The notes under the pieces are model-generated. The model had not been told where the DNA came from and searched no databases. It was given only the letters and a program-made list of their open reading frames with translations. From an uncultured Acidobacteriota bacterium (GTDB taxonomy: Bacteria > Acidobacteriota > Thermoanaerobaculia > Multivoradales > JAHEKO01): a DNA stretch of 64,000 nucleotides. Where the stretch lies: positions 1 through 64,000 of the forward strand of contig CAVQNG010000005.1 of the NCBI GenBank assembly GCA_963713825.1, in the 5' to 3' direction. Of this stretch, positions 11,837-23,050 are shown one piece after another (the stretch's first letter is position 1; each line of letters opens with the position of its first letter). The position numbers and the translations under genes were made by a program.

Positions 11837-12340
11837 TCAGTCGAGGGAATTCTGATTCGTACCCGAGCCCCCGGCGATGGGTGACCAGTGTGCGGCACTT
11901 ACCTTCCATTTGCCGCCCTCTTTCACATAGACCTGAGTTGCGCGGGTCAGGTAGTTGTTGACTGCTTCGCCGCCTTTGGCCTTGAATCTCCCCTCGGTGT
12001 AATACATCGCGACCGCCGCCTGGTCCTCGACCAGCGTGATGACCTCGATGTGTTTGGGAGTGAGAGTCTGGTACTCGTACTCCAGAAGCTCACCATCGGC
12101 CGGGACCCACTGCATCAGGCCGCCACTCGACCAGAACTCGGGTGCACCGTCCTTGGAGACCGTGTCGGGTGCGTCCTTCAGATTCTTGTTGGTATATTGC
12201 GCGTTTTCCATGATCGTTGCACGGACCTCTTCAGCCGTGTCCGCCGACGCTTGTCCAGGCACCAGGGCCAAGACCAATACCATCGATAGAGCGATTGAGA
12301 CCCCTCGACAGACTCCACCTAACGGGAACTGCTTCAGCAT
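11837..12340 (-). CDS. Secreted NTF2-like (DUF4440/SnoaL) protein
   Basis: Signal peptide ending ASA; RATQVYVKEGGKWKV..AHWS end. Confidence 0.7.
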   Translation of the reverse strand: MLKQFPLGGVCRGVSIALSMVLVLALVPGQASADTAEEVRATIMENAQYTNKNLKDAPDTVSKDGAPEFWSSGGLMQWVPADGELLEYEYQTLTPKHIEVITLVEDQAAVAMYYTEGRFKAKGGEAVNNYLTRATQVYVKEGGKWKVSAAHWSPIAGGSGTNQNSLD

Positions 12341-12427
12341 TCCTTACCCCTTCTTGTTTGCCACAGCGAGATCGCGTCTCGTGGGCGTGAATCGGATTGG
12401 TGCCCCGGAGTGTACAGCAAGTCGAGC

Positions 12428-15169
12428 TCAGGGGACGAGGTTCTCGAGCTCCTGGAACCAGTTGAGGACGACGTCGATCTCTCGAGGCCAGTCTTCGTCT
12501 GGCGTCTTGATCATGAGGAAACGGCCGTCGGCCGCGACATCGTAGCCCAGCTTGTTGGCTGTCGCCATGTAGGAGCCACTGAAGAGCTCACGTGGCCGAC
12601 TGGCTGTCATCCGGTCGCCGGCCGCGACCTCGACGGCCATCACTCTCGGGCCAGCCCGGAAATAGAGCTCTCGCCCATCGTGCGACCAGAGCGGTTCCGA
12701 TCCACCCTCGATCGAGACTTGCAGCTTGCGTCCACCGTCGGGGAAGCGGGTGACATAGACTTGATTCTTGCCGGTTTCGTCGGAGGCATAGGCCACCCAG
12801 TTGCCGTCGGGAGAGAACGCTGCGAGATCCTCGTTGAAGGGCGTTGCCAGCCAGGGCTCAGCCTGCCGATCGCCCTCGAGAGGCAGCAACCAGAGGTCGT
12901 ATCCGCCCTCGCTACCAGAAACGCTGAAGAGCAAGAACTTGCCGTCGGGTGAGATCGAGCGAGCTTCGTTATCGAGTGGGGATTCCACCAGCAGCTCGGG
13001 CTGACTGGTGCCATCCGTCGTCCGTCGATAGAGGTTATAGGGTGGGTCGTCCTGGCCGTAGACGATGCGCTCACCGTCCGGCATCCACTGTGCTCCAAAC
13101 TGGGTGGCGGGCTCGAAGCTCAGTCGGCTGAGCGTGCCGCGGTCGAGCTCGAGGGCCCACAGATCCCAGCTCTGGTCCCGGATCGTTACAGCGATTCTCG
13201 CCCCATCGGGCGAGATCCGGGGGTGTCCGTACCGTTGGGCCTCCCCGATGGGGGTCTCGTTGCCGTTCTGGTCCACCCAGGCGAGTTGGCGAGGAGGATG
13301 CATCTCCGCACCGGGGACATACGCCAGGGTGCCGTTCGCGGCGAAGCTCAAAGGGGCGTCGCCCTGACCGATGTCGGGGATGATGTCGGTCAAGATGGGC
13401 ACAGGGGCTCCCACGATCTCGACCTTCTGGAGATCGAGGCGGGTCGCCATCAACGTGTGATCCCGGATGAAGAGCAAATGGCCGGTTGGAGAGTAGCGGC
13501 CCCACACTCCATCCTCGACGAGGGTCTTCGCCGTCCCCGACTCGAGGTCGTAGGCGTCGATGCTGGAGCGGGTCAGCGGCACAGAGAATGCCGTGAAGAG
13601 AACGACGCTTCCGCCGGGAAGGTGTTGCGGCCAGAAGTGCCCCAGCTCTCCCGCTTCCAGGTCGGGTGCTGTCAGCTCTTCCGGATCGCCACCTGCGGCG
13701 GGGATGCGGTGTAGCCCGCTCGTGTAGTAGGGGGTGTAGACGATGGTGTTGTCCAAACCCCAGGAGCCGCCGCCCCAGGTCGCTTTGGCGATCGTGGTAG
13801 CCCTTCCCGTCTCCAGAGACATCGTCAGCATCTCATTGTCGCGGGTGAAGCCGATCGACGCGCCGTCGGGCGAGAAGAACGGGTTGTCCACACCTTCGGT
13901 CTCGGGGATCGGTTCGATTTCGCCACTGTCGAGACGCCGCAGCAGGAGCTTCCGTGCGCCGTTCTCGTAACCGACCATTACCAGCTTGCCGCCGTCCGGT
14001 GACAGCACGATCACTTCGTTCGCGGCTAGGCCTGTTGCCGCCGGCAGAGTGATCGAGAGGCGTTGAACGGCCCCGGGAGGAGCCTCCTGGCTTCTCGGCA
14101 GGATCGCGAGCCCTGCCGCGATGACGGCGAGGGCCGCAGCGACGCCCCAGGGCAGGAACCGGCGCCAGGTCTTGGCTTCTGCGACCGGACTGGTCTCGGT
14201 CGTCGGAGCTGCCGAGCTGGTCAACATCAGGCGCGAGTCGGCAATGTCGTGCACCCGTTGCCGCGGATCCTTGGCGAGGCAGAGGCGAAGAACCTCGGTG
14301 ACATGCCACGGAGTTTCTGGCGGCAGGGTGTTCCAGTCGGGTTCTTGCGTCACCACGGCGGCCATCACGTCGGTGACCGTGTCTCCAGGGAATGCTGTGC
14401 GCCCCGTGAGCATTTCGAATAGGACCACTCCATAGGCCCAGATATCGGCCTGCTTGTCGACTTCCTGTCCCCGGGCCTGTTCGGGAGACATGTAGGCGAC
14501 GGTGCCCATCAGCACACCCGCCTGGGTCATCTGCGCGGTGAGCGTCGGCGACAGGGAAAGGCTCTGGGGTCCTGGGGTCTTGAGGTCTTGGGGGTCCAGG
14601 GCTTTGGCGAGTCCGAAGTCCAGCACCTTCACCTGACCGTCTGGCGTCACCTTGATGTTGGCGGGTTTGAGATCGCGGTGGATGATGCCTTTTTCGTGGG
14701 CCGCCTCGAGGGCCTCGGCGATCTGCACAGCGATGGGTTGAGCCGCCTCGTAGGACAACGCGCCCCGCTCGAGTTGTTCCTTGAGATCCTCGCCCTCGAC
14801 CAGCTCCATCACAAGGAAATGGATAGAGGGGCTTAAGGGCTTAGGGGCGTAGGGGCTTGAAACCTGAGGGGCTTGGGGGCTTAGGGATTTCTCCTGCAGC
14901 TCGGCATCGTCCAATGTAGGGGAGGGGCTTGCCCCCTCCCGCTCGAAGGAGTAGATCGCCGCGATGTTGGCGTGATTGAGGCTGGCCAGGACCTTGGCTT
15001 CACGCTCGAAGCGGGCGAGGCGCTCGGGATCGGAGGCCACGGCCTCCGGCAGCACCTTGATGGCCACCTCGCGCCCGAGCTTGGTGTCCTCAGCGCGATA
15101 GACCTCACCCATGCCGCCTTCACCCAGCTTGGCGGTGATCTTGAAATGAGAGAGGGTCGTGCCGATCAT
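12428..15169 (-). CDS. Membrane Ser/Thr kinase with TolB/PD40 beta-propeller
   Basis: Kinase motifs intact, [21 protein letters not shown], repeated FSPDG, VVLNW end; ~35-aa repeat-derived loop insert. Confidence 0.92.
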   Translation of the reverse strand: MIGTTLSHFKITAKLGEGGMGEVYRAEDTKLGREVAIKVLPEAVASDPERLARFEREAKVLASLNHANIAAIYSFEREGASPSPTLDDAELQEKSLSPQAPQVSSPYAPKPLSPSIHFLVMELVEGEDLKEQLERGALSYEAAQPIAVQIAEALEAAHEKGIIHRDLKPANIKVTPDGQVKVLDFGLAKALDPQDLKTPGPQSLSLSPTLTAQMTQAGVLMGTVAYMSPEQARGQEVDKQADIWAYGVVLFEMLTGRTAFPGDTVTDVMAAVVTQEPDWNTLPPETPWHVTEVLRLCLAKDPRQRVHDIADSRLMLTSSAAPTTETSPVAEAKTWRRFLPWGVAAALAVIAAGLAILPRSQEAPPGAVQRLSITLPAATGLAANEVIVLSPDGGKLVMVGYENGARKLLLRRLDSGEIEPIPETEGVDNPFFSPDGASIGFTRDNEMLTMSLETGRATTIAKATWGGGSWGLDNTIVYTPYYTSGLHRIPAAGGDPEELTAPDLEAGELGHFWPQHLPGGSVVLFTAFSVPLTRSSIDAYDLESGTAKTLVEDGVWGRYSPTGHLLFIRDHTLMATRLDLQKVEIVGAPVPILTDIIPDIGQGDAPLSFAANGTLAYVPGAEMHPPRQLAWVDQNGNETPIGEAQRYGHPRISPDGARIAVTIRDQSWDLWALELDRGTLSRLSFEPATQFGAQWMPDGERIVYGQDDPPYNLYRRTTDGTSQPELLVESPLDNEARSISPDGKFLLFSVSGSEGGYDLWLLPLEGDRQAEPWLATPFNEDLAAFSPDGNWVAYASDETGKNQVYVTRFPDGGRKLQVSIEGGSEPLWSHDGRELYFRAGPRVMAVEVAAGDRMTASRPRELFSGSYMATANKLGYDVAADGRFLMIKTPDEDWPREIDVVLNWFQELENLVP
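14826..14941. repeat. Intragenic 8-bp tandem repeats plus GTAG-type REP palindrome, in frame
   Basis: GGGGCTTA/GGGGCGTA/GGGGCTTG units and GTAGGGGAGGGGCTTGCCCCCTCCC at 14916-14940. Confidence 0.8.
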
Positions 15170-18100
15170 GACTCGGCCTCATCGGGCGCCGGCGGCACGT
15201 CGAGCCCCGCCTTGCGCAGACCTTTCATCAGGTGCTCCACGAGATCGGGCTGGATCCACCTGCCATGCAATTCCTGGGCGACCTCGGCGTAGTCGGGCTT
15301 GAGTGCGAGCAAGTCCCGTAGTGCCTTGCGTGCCGGCTCCATCTCACCGAGCTGGGCGTAGCACATGGCCAGCACCGCAGGGGTGTAGAAGTTCTTGGGA
15401 GCGTTGAGCTGCAGGGCTATGTCCAGCGCCTTGCGATAGTCCTCTTTGCGGTAGGCATCGTGCCAGGCGGCGTACCGGTACATCCCGGGATGATTGGGGT
15501 TGAGCTGCAGCCCCTGCTCAGATAGGGCGCAACCGCGCTCCCAGTCTCCGGCGTAGGCAATCAGCAAGCCCATCCACGCGGCGGTGGCTCCATCCATCGG
15601 GTTGAGCTCCACGGCGCGCTCCGCGGCGATGCGAAACGCCGGGATGTCCCGGAGAAAGAAGAGAGCCTGGGCCAGGGCGTAGTAGGGGAGGGAGCTCAAC
15701 GGCGCCACCTCGACCGCTGTCCGCGCCGCCTGAAGTGCCTTGTCCAGGCACTCCTGCCCCGGGTTGCCCCAGTGGCCATACTCGTTGGCGTACATCAAGG
15801 AAAGCATGGCCCAGCAGTCGGCGTTGCCGGGGGCCTGCTGCACGGCCCGTTCCAGACAGGCCAGCACTTCCGCGAAGTCCTCGGGAGTGAAGCGTTCGTT
15901 GTAGCCGAAGCTGCGTAGCAGCGCTTCGTACGGGCTGATCTCGTCGACAGACTTGAGGCGCACCGCTTCGCTCATGCTGTGAGGCAGGACGCCATGGATG
16001 TCGGCGACGGTGGAGACGATCCGTGGTACGAGGTCGTCCTGAAGCTCGAAGATCGCCTCCGGAGTGAAGGAGCGCTCGTAGGTCTCGGCCCACAGTTGGG
16101 CGCCGGTCTCGGCATCGACCAACTGCACCGCGATACGGAGCCGGGTGCCGACCTGGCGCAGACTTCCATTCATGACGTAGCGTGCCCCGAGCTCCGTGCC
16201 CACCACCCGCACATCGGGGGACTGGTCGGCGTAGCGTAGCGTCGAGCCGTGCGTGATCACACGCAGGTAGGAGAACCGCGACAAACCGGCGACGATCTCT
16301 TCGGACAGGCCGTCCGCCAGGGCCGAGAGCTCGGCGCCTGTGCCCGTCGATTTGAACGGCAGCACCGCGACCCAGAATCCTTCGTCGGCGCGTGTGGCGC
16401 CAGACTCCGACCCAGACGACCCCTCAGCTGTGGCTGTGGACGGCTCCGACCCGAGTGTCGCCGGAGCCTCGAGCCCGGCCTTTCGTAGGCCTTCCATCAT
16501 GTTCTCTGCGAACTCGTCATTCCACCACTTGGCGAATTCTTCCGGTGCAATCTCGGCGAAATCTGGCCGGAGGTCGAGCAGTTTCCGCAGGGCTTTCTCT
16601 GCCGCCTCGCGTTCGCCGAGCTGCCCGTAAGCGGCGGCAAGCGCGCAGTTCTCACCCCAGTGGCCCGGCAGGTTCACTTTCAGCGCGACATCGAGTGCGG
16701 CCTGGTAGTCGCGTTGGTTGTACCAGTGATAGAAGTCGGCAAACCAGTACCAGCCGGGATGATGGGGATTGAGCTGCTTGGCGCGCCCGGCCAGCTCGAG
16801 GCCGCGCTCCGGGTCGCCCGAATAGGTCAGCAGCTCACCGAGAAAGGCAATGGAGTTGCCGTCCATCGGATTGAGCGCAGCGGCCCGCTCCGCCGTGTTC
16901 TGGAAAGCCTGCAACTCCTTTTGGAAGAAGAGTACCTGGGCCAAACTGAAATGCGCCAGATGATTGGAAGGGCCGGCCTCGACGGCGCGCCGCGCCGCAG
17001 TTGCCCCGCTGGCGAGAGAGTCGGGCAGGAGATCGAACCCCTGGCCGTACTCCTGGGCACACAGCAACGCCAGCATGGCCCAGGCATCGGCGTAGGTCGG
17101 TGCCGTTGCCACGGCCAACTCCAGGGCAGACCGCGCCGCGGCAAGCTCTTCGGCGGTGACCCGCTGGAAGTAGGCGAAGCTGCGCAGGACCGCCTCGTAG
17201 GGGCTCAGCTGATCGGGATTGCGGCTGCGCAGCGCCTCGCCCATGCTCCGTGGCAGGACGCCGTGCATATCTGCGACGGTCGACACGATCGGCGGCACCA
17301 GGTCGTCCTGCAACTCGAACACTGCCTCGGGGCTGAAATCCCGTTCGTATTTCTCAGCCCATAGATGGGCGCCAGTTGCCGTGTCGACGAGCTGCACGGC
17401 GAGTCGGAGCCTTGTCCCTGCCTGCCGGAGGCTTCCCTCCACGAGGTACCGGGCCTCGACGCCGTCCTTGCCAGGACCCGCGGTCGAGTCGCGGGCTACA
17501 ACGCGGAGATACGAAAACCGGGATAGCCCGGTCACGAGCTCTTCGCACAAGCCGTCCGCCAGGGCTGTGAGCTCGGCGCTGGCGCCGGAGCACTTGAAGG
17601 GCAGCACCGCCACCCAGAATCCCTCGTCTTGGCGTGCCTCAACCGACTGGACATCAGACTGGACTTCCGCCATCGGACGCGACGTGGGAGGCGCAGCGGC
17701 TCGGGTCGGCGCCGCCTCCGCTGTCACGCCGCTCAAGGCGTCACTGACCTTCCGTGCCGACGGGAAGCGGTCCTCGACGTTCTTCTCGAGGCACCGCCCA
17801 ATCACGCTCTCCAGACCTTGCGGTACGTCGGTCCGCCTCTCGGCGAGCGGCCGCGGCGTGTCGCGCAGGATCGCTGAAGCGAGCTCGACCGACGAGCGCC
17901 CCTGGTAGGGTCGCTCGCCGCTGGCCATCTCGTAGAGGAGGACCCCGAGCGAGAAGATGTCGCTCCGGTGGTCGACCTGCTGCCCCGACAACTGCTCCGG
18001 TGACATGTAGGGCACGGTACCCATGACCACGCCCTCACTCGTGCGGAGCTCGGTCTGTAGCGTCGAATTCAGGACTTCTTCCGACTGCGGTCCGGTGAAT

Positions 18101-18561
18101 TTGGCGAGACCGAAGTCCAGGACTTTGACTCGACCCTCACCCGTCACCATGACGTTGGAGGGTTTGAGATCGCGGTGGACAATGCCTTTGTCGTGGGCCG
18201 CGGCCAACGCGTCGGTAAGCTCGGCGGCAATCGTCAGGATCCGCTCCACCGGGAGCCCACCCTCCGGGATCACGCGGTCCAACGGCTCGCCCTCGACGAG
18301 CTGCATGGTGAGGAAATGCAGCCCATCGGCCTCCTCGACCGAGTACACACCGACGACTCCCGGGTGGTCGAGGGAAGCGAGCGTCATCGCCTCTCTCCTG
18401 AATCGCTCCAGACGCTCGGCACTGGTCGCCATCTCGGCCGGCAGCACCTTGATGGCCACCTCGCGCCCGAGCTTGATGTCGGTGGCACGATACACCTCTC
18501 CCATGCCGCCTTCACCCAGCTTGGCGGTGATCTTGAAATGGGAGAGAGTCGTTCCAATCAT
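15166..18561 (-). CDS. Ser/Thr kinase with two tandem TolB_N+TPR modules, no clear TM
   Basis: Kinase motifs; two DEGFWVAVLPFK...GLSRFSYLRV...GLRKAGL modules. Confidence 0.9.
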   Translation of the reverse strand: MIGTTLSHFKITAKLGEGGMGEVYRATDIKLGREVAIKVLPAEMATSAERLERFRREAMTLASLDHPGVVGVYSVEEADGLHFLTMQLVEGEPLDRVIPEGGLPVERILTIAAELTDALAAAHDKGIVHRDLKPSNVMVTGEGRVKVLDFGLAKFTGPQSEEVLNSTLQTELRTSEGVVMGTVPYMSPEQLSGQQVDHRSDIFSLGVLLYEMASGERPYQGRSSVELASAILRDTPRPLAERRTDVPQGLESVIGRCLEKNVEDRFPSARKVSDALSGVTAEAAPTRAAAPPTSRPMAEVQSDVQSVEARQDEGFWVAVLPFKCSGASAELTALADGLCEELVTGLSRFSYLRVVARDSTAGPGKDGVEARYLVEGSLRQAGTRLRLAVQLVDTATGAHLWAEKYERDFSPEAVFELQDDLVPPIVSTVADMHGVLPRSMGEALRSRNPDQLSPYEAVLRSFAYFQRVTAEELAAARSALELAVATAPTYADAWAMLALLCAQEYGQGFDLLPDSLASGATAARRAVEAGPSNHLAHFSLAQVLFFQKELQAFQNTAERAAALNPMDGNSIAFLGELLTYSGDPERGLELAGRAKQLNPHHPGWYWFADFYHWYNQRDYQAALDVALKVNLPGHWGENCALAAAYGQLGEREAAEKALRKLLDLRPDFAEIAPEEFAKWWNDEFAENMMEGLRKAGLEAPATLGSEPSTATAEGSSGSESGATRADEGFWVAVLPFKSTGTGAELSALADGLSEEIVAGLSRFSYLRVITHGSTLRYADQSPDVRVVGTELGARYVMNGSLRQVGTRLRIAVQLVDAETGAQLWAETYERSFTPEAIFELQDDLVPRIVSTVADIHGVLPHSMSEAVRLKSVDEISPYEALLRSFGYNERFTPEDFAEVLACLERAVQQAPGNADCWAMLSLMYANEYGHWGNPGQECLDKALQAARTAVEVAPLSSLPYYALAQALFFLRDIPAFRIAAERAVELNPMDGATAAWMGLLIAYAGDWERGCALSEQGLQLNPNHPGMYRYAAWHDAYRKEDYRKALDIALQLNAPKNFYTPAVLAMCYAQLGEMEPARKALRDLLALKPDYAEVAQELHGRWIQPDLVEHLMKGLRKAGLDVPPAPDEAES

Positions 18562-18570
18562 GTCGGTGTC

Positions 18571-18598
18571 CGGCCGGCACGGGGTCCGGCCGCTTCAA
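18571..18598. repeat. REP-like hairpin 9 nt upstream of kinase ATG
   Basis: CGGCCGGCACGGGGTCCGGCCGCTTCAA. Confidence 0.8.
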
Positions 18599-18946
18599 AA
18601 CGCCACTCGATAGGAGAGGTGCAGGGCATTCTACAGCCTTTGAGCGCCAGCGGGATCTGAAGATGGAGTCCGGCGGCAGGAACCCTAGCTACTCTTCGAA
18701 GCGGCTGGCAGGGGCGTTTCTTTGCGGGGACACAATACATATTGCTGGGAGCGCACTCTCTGTTCGCGGCCTGTCACTGCCGGTAGGTGCTCCGTGAGGT
18801 GGCCCAAACGGGGGTCTGCCTGGTTCGGACCTTGTCGATCCCTACGTGGAGCTAGTAAAGTATCCCCAAGTACTGAAGAAATTCGGGATTGAGGGGCCAC
18901 ACGGCGGATGCTCCGTTGTGGGGAAGAACCAGAGAGGTGTTTAGTT

Positions 18947-19399
18947 TTGAAGAAGAGACTGTTTTTGTGTTTGATGTTGGTGGCACTGTTGGCGAGCTCG
19001 GCGGTCTTTGCGGGACACCACGAGGCGGAGTACGAGAAATTGGCTGACCACTGGGAGGCGGCATACAACAACGAAGGTGCGGCTGCGGTGGCTGCCCTGT
19101 ACCTCGAAGACGGGATGCGGATGCCTCCCGACATGCCCATCGCCAAGGGACGTGCGGCCATTGCTGCCCAGGTTCAAGGCGGCATGGACTTGGGGCTGGC
19201 CAAGGTCGATATCGAGCTGGCCGAGGCTATGGTCAGTGGAGAGACCGGAGTCTCGCGGGGCACCTTCAAGGGAATCGACGCCGATGGCAACACCATGACT
19301 GAAGGCAAGTGGATGAGTGTCTCCAAATGGGTGGATGGCAAATGGCAGGTCCACGCCGACATCTGGAACATGGACGCCCCGGCGCCAATGCCCGAGTAG
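18947..19399 (+). CDS. Secreted NTF2-like (DUF4440/YybH) protein
   Basis: Signal peptide; AVAALY.ED...MPP...GR.AI; GKW......DGKW...DIWN; TTG start after GAGGTG. Confidence 0.78.
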   Translation: MKKRLFLCLMLVALLASSAVFAGHHEAEYEKLADHWEAAYNNEGAAAVAALYLEDGMRMPPDMPIAKGRAAIAAQVQGGMDLGLAKVDIELAEAMVSGETGVSRGTFKGIDADGNTMTEGKWMSVSKWVDGKWQVHADIWNMDAPAPMPE

Positions 19400-19431
19400 G
19401 GCGAACCCGACAGCAGGACAGTAGGTAGTTT

Positions 19432-19461
19432 GCAAGGGCCGGCCTCTGTGCCGGCCCTTTG
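19432..19461. terminator. Probable terminator hairpin
   Basis: AAGGGCCGGC-CTCTGT-GCCGGCCCTTT. Confidence 0.55.
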
Positions 19462-19497
19462 TGCAGATAGGATGGGTCCGAAGGGAGGTCGATCGAC

Positions 19498-19968
19498 ATG
19501 ACCATCCAGGCCCAGGCTGAAAGCTTCCTGTCCCAGAAGCGAATCGCGGTTGTTGGTGTCTCCAGCAAACAGGGAACCGGCAATACAATCTTCAAGGCCC
19601 TGCGCAAGCGGGGCTACGAGGTTGTTCCGGTCAGCCTGAATGCCTCGGAAGTGGACGGCGAGACCTGCTATCCCGACCTGAGATCGATCCCCGAGGGTGT
19701 CGACGCGGCGGTGATCGTGACCCGCCCAGAGGTTGCGCAGGAGGTCATGCACGATTGCGTCGAGGCGGGGGTCTCCCACGTGTGGATGCACTACAACGCA
19801 CTCTTTGGCGCCAAGAGCAGTAGCGTTTCGGAAGCGGCGACGGTCTACGGCCGCGAGAACGGCATCGATGTAATTCCTGGAGGCTGCCCGCTGATGTTCG
19901 GTGAGGGGGCCGACGTCGTTCATCGATGTATGCGTTGGTTCCTGGGGCGTACCCATCGGTTGCCATAG
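19498..19968 (+). CDS. CoA-binding protein (YccU-like)
   Basis: IAVVGVS, GYEVVPV, CYPDL.SIP..VD, GGCP. Confidence 0.85.
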   Translation: MTIQAQAESFLSQKRIAVVGVSSKQGTGNTIFKALRKRGYEVVPVSLNASEVDGETCYPDLRSIPEGVDAAVIVTRPEVAQEVMHDCVEAGVSHVWMHYNALFGAKSSSVSEAATVYGRENGIDVIPGGCPLMFGEGADVVHRCMRWFLGRTHRLP

Positions 19969-19986
19969 CAAGATGGAGCCCAACTG

Positions 19987-21039
19987 ATGATCGAACTTTC
20001 CTTCGGCCGGCGGGCTGTGGCCCTTCTTGGCGGTCTGGCTCTCGTCGGCTTCGCCGGGGCCGCCCAGGCACAACTCGTGGTGGAGGACGACACCTTCGGA
20101 GTGCCAGTCTCTCGGGTGCTCGAGGTGGAAGCACCCGGGGTCCTCGACAACGACCTCTACGACAACGAGCCGGCAGTCGATTCGGGGGCCACGGCGGATT
20201 TGGTGCTCGGCCCCCTCCAAGGCACGCTGGTCTGTGACTCCGATGCGGGTCTCGAGCTTTGTCCTGACGGCTCCTTTATCTACGCCGCGAATGCAGGCTT
20301 CACCGGCTCTGACACCTTCACCTACGAGGCGATTGTCGGACTCGCCCGGGCAGAAGCAACCGTGACGCTGACGGCCTGCGAAGGCGGTCCGACGCAGTTC
20401 GTCTGCTGGAAGAAGACCGAGTTCGTGGCCAAGCTGAACGAGTTGGGCTACGGCCGCTTCTTCGAAGGATTCGAAAACGACGTGGCCTGGGGAGGGGCAC
20501 GTTCCCCAGTTACCGCCCCGTCCGTGGTCAGTCAGGGGATCGCGTGGCAGAGCAACCACCCGGATCCCCCGGCGGAGAACGAGATCACTACCGGCCCCGG
20601 CCCGGCGCGCTCGGGGCAGTGGGCGGTCTTCGATCCCGAGCACGGTTATGCGACAGGCACGACCACACAATGCGACGTCGACGTTCCACCGGAGCACTGT
20701 CTCCACAAGGACGGCTTCACGGGGATCCGGCAGCCGGGCGAGAGTAGGCTCCATGGGGTGGGGGGGTTCTTCACCGGCGCCGCGCAGCCGAAACTGGTGA
20801 TGATCCTGGATGGCGGCCCGCCGATCGGACTGGGCTCCGTGCCCCTTGGCTTTCAGTTCTACGGGCTGATCGACACCCTGGGATTCGAAACGTTCCGAAT
20901 CGAAGAGCGGGACGGCAAGATAGGCCAGGCCCGCTACGTCTTCGCCGACGACTTCACCTTCGGGACTTCGTCCTCGCCGATCTTCTCGGACGGCTTCGAA
21001 TCGGGCGACACCACCGCCTGGACGAGTACTCTGCAGTAG
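19987..21039 (+). CDS. Secreted protein with cadherin/Big_9-like Ig domain and C-terminal FESGD motif
   Basis: Signal peptide, GVLDND, DGSFIY...GF.G.DTFTY; ends IFSDGFESGDTTAWTSTLQ. Confidence 0.75.
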   Translation: MIELSFGRRAVALLGGLALVGFAGAAQAQLVVEDDTFGVPVSRVLEVEAPGVLDNDLYDNEPAVDSGATADLVLGPLQGTLVCDSDAGLELCPDGSFIYAANAGFTGSDTFTYEAIVGLARAEATVTLTACEGGPTQFVCWKKTEFVAKLNELGYGRFFEGFENDVAWGGARSPVTAPSVVSQGIAWQSNHPDPPAENEITTGPGPARSGQWAVFDPEHGYATGTTTQCDVDVPPEHCLHKDGFTGIRQPGESRLHGVGGFFTGAAQPKLVMILDGGPPIGLGSVPLGFQFYGLIDTLGFETFRIEERDGKIGQARYVFADDFTFGTSSSPIFSDGFESGDTTAWTSTLQ

Positions 21040-21257
21040 GGAGCACTTCCATTGGCCCGTCCTCGAGTGGCCGACGCGACAAACCACCCCTGGGGGTGGT
21101 GCTCCAGCGTGCCGGGTCCGCTACACTCGAATGCACTCGGCAGAGCGCACGCACCCACGTTGATTCCGAGCGATTGTGGGTTCCCTGGCCGCCGCCATGT
21201 GCTGGCCGTGGCGACCGCGTTTGGCCGCAACCTCAGGTGATGGAGGAGGACTTCATC

Positions 21258-21770
21258 ATGCGCCCGGCTGTCAGCACATCCAAGAAGGTTTTCTTGTTGC
21301 TCTGGATCAGCGCTGTCGGTATTGCAGAGTCGAGTCTTCACGCGGCCGAAGCTACGCACGACCTGGAGGCCGTCGGCGTCTTCTTTCGCGAGCTGTCGGG
21401 AAATAATGGGGACATCGTCGAGCACCCGGCCGTCGGGCAGGAGGTGTACCCCCACTTCGAGTTCGATGTCACTTCGACGTCGGGCTTCGCAGGCACGATC
21501 ACCGAGCTCTGGCTCGACGGTGTCAGCGCCTGCACCTTCGATGGCGGTGTGGGAGAGGGGACTTGGATCACCTGGTGCGACAACTCCTGGACGGCCGCGC
21601 TCGGCCCTCACCTGCTGAAAGGTGTGGTCGATCCCAATGATGAGTTTGTGGAAGCGGACGAAAGCAACAACGCCGTCGAGCGTGTCTTCCTCATCACCAC
21701 CGCCGATCAGATCTTCTACGACGGTTTGGTGTCTGGCGACACCTCGGCGTGGTCGACGACCACCGAGTAG
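21258..21770 (+). CDS. Secreted CARDB-like protein with FESGD-like tail
   Basis: GGAGG RBS; GPH.L..VVDP.....EADESNN; ends IFYDGLVSGDTSAWS. Confidence 0.72.
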   Translation: MRPAVSTSKKVFLLLWISAVGIAESSLHAAEATHDLEAVGVFFRELSGNNGDIVEHPAVGQEVYPHFEFDVTSTSGFAGTITELWLDGVSACTFDGGVGEGTWITWCDNSWTAALGPHLLKGVVDPNDEFVEADESNNAVERVFLITTADQIFYDGLVSGDTSAWSTTTE

Positions 21771-21845
21771 GGAAGGGCTCGAAGATGCTCGCGGGCGCCC
21801 TGGCGGCTGCAAGCTCCGCCTCACACCGAGAGGGGCGTGACGAGC

Positions 21846-22904
21846 TCAACCCGCTGGCTGCAACGCCTCCTGTGGCACCGTGCCAGTCAGGCTCTCCAGG
21901 AACGCTGCCAGGTTCTGGATCTCCTCGTCGGTGAGCTCGAGGCCGAGCTGGACCGTGACCATGATTCGGATCGCCTCCTCGAGGGACTCCACGCTGCCGT
22001 CATGGAAGTAGGGTCCGGTCTCGGCGACGTTGCGCAGAGAGGCCACACGGAAGACGAACTTGTCTGTTTCGTCTGCGGTCACGGCGAAGCGGCCTTCGTC
22101 GATGTTCTCGCTGCCGGTGTGCTCCCAGTAGTCGCCGATCAGGCCGAATTTCTGAAAGCTATGCGCGCCGACGTTGACGCCGTTGTGGCAGGAGGTGCAG
22201 TTGAGTTGGATGAACTTCTCCAGGCCGGCCAGCTCCTGCGGAGTGAGCGCTTCCTGGTCACCTTCGAGGTAGGCATCGAACCGAGTCGGCGTGATCAACG
22301 TACGCTCGAAGGCGCCGAGGGCCTTCTCGATGTTCCGGTAGGTCAGGGGCTCGTCGTCGTCCGGAAAGGCGGCCGCAAACATCGGCGGGTAGTCCTCGGT
22401 GCCGCTCAGACGGTCGACCAGGAACTCCTCGCTCGGGATGGCCATCTCCACCGGGTTGAGGATCGGCATGCCGGCCTGCTCTTCGACATCCTTGGCTCGT
22501 CCATCCCAAAACTGGGACTGATGAAAAGCGGCATTGAGCACCGTGGGTGAATTGCGATCGCCGATTTGGCCGCCGACGCCATCCGAGGTGGGCTCGTTGT
22601 CGACGCCGAACGTGGCGAGGTCGTGGCAGGAGTTGCAGCTGATCGTGCCATCCTCCGACAGGCGGGTGTCGTAGTAGAGAGCCTTGCCGAGCGCGACCTT
22701 GGCCTCGGTCAGTGGGTTGTCGGGATTCTCCGCCGCGGCCGGGATTGGATTGAACCGCAGATTCGCCTGCTCCCAGAGATTGTTGATCGATGGAGCAACT
22801 TGGGGTGTCGGTTGGGCTGTATCCGAGGCCTTATCAGCTGTGGGTGAACAAGCGACGGCTACCATGGCCACGACGACAAGCAGAATTGAAGTTCGGACTG
22901 GCAT
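21846..22904 (-). CDS. Di-haem cytochrome c peroxidase (Ccp/MauG family), lipoprotein
   Basis: CNSCH and CTSCH, RNSPTVLN, QFWDGRA, TGPYFHDG; lipobox AVAC. Confidence 0.92.
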   Translation of the reverse strand: MPVRTSILLVVVAMVAVACSPTADKASDTAQPTPQVAPSINNLWEQANLRFNPIPAAAENPDNPLTEAKVALGKALYYDTRLSEDGTISCNSCHDLATFGVDNEPTSDGVGGQIGDRNSPTVLNAAFHQSQFWDGRAKDVEEQAGMPILNPVEMAIPSEEFLVDRLSGTEDYPPMFAAAFPDDDEPLTYRNIEKALGAFERTLITPTRFDAYLEGDQEALTPQELAGLEKFIQLNCTSCHNGVNVGAHSFQKFGLIGDYWEHTGSENIDEGRFAVTADETDKFVFRVASLRNVAETGPYFHDGSVESLEEAIRIMVTVQLGLELTDEEIQNLAAFLESLTGTVPQEALQPAG

Positions 22905-23050
22905 GATGCTTCCTCCTCTCGATCGCCAACGAAACCCGCATGGGTGAGGCGATGCCCAGCCTCGATGCTATGGCTCTTCGCGCCCCGCTTCAACACCTTT
23001 CGGGGTAGGTGGCACCGTGTCGGTAAGAGGGGGCCCGCTATGATGGCAGC

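Noticed and set aside
18558-18740. Upstream ORF ending EAAGPRAGRTPT* overlapping a kinase ATG, as a third relay peptide
   Set aside because: Same frame through the hairpin, but its nearest ATG overlaps the putative TAGAAT -10 box and it lacks the duplicated start, so translation is doubtful
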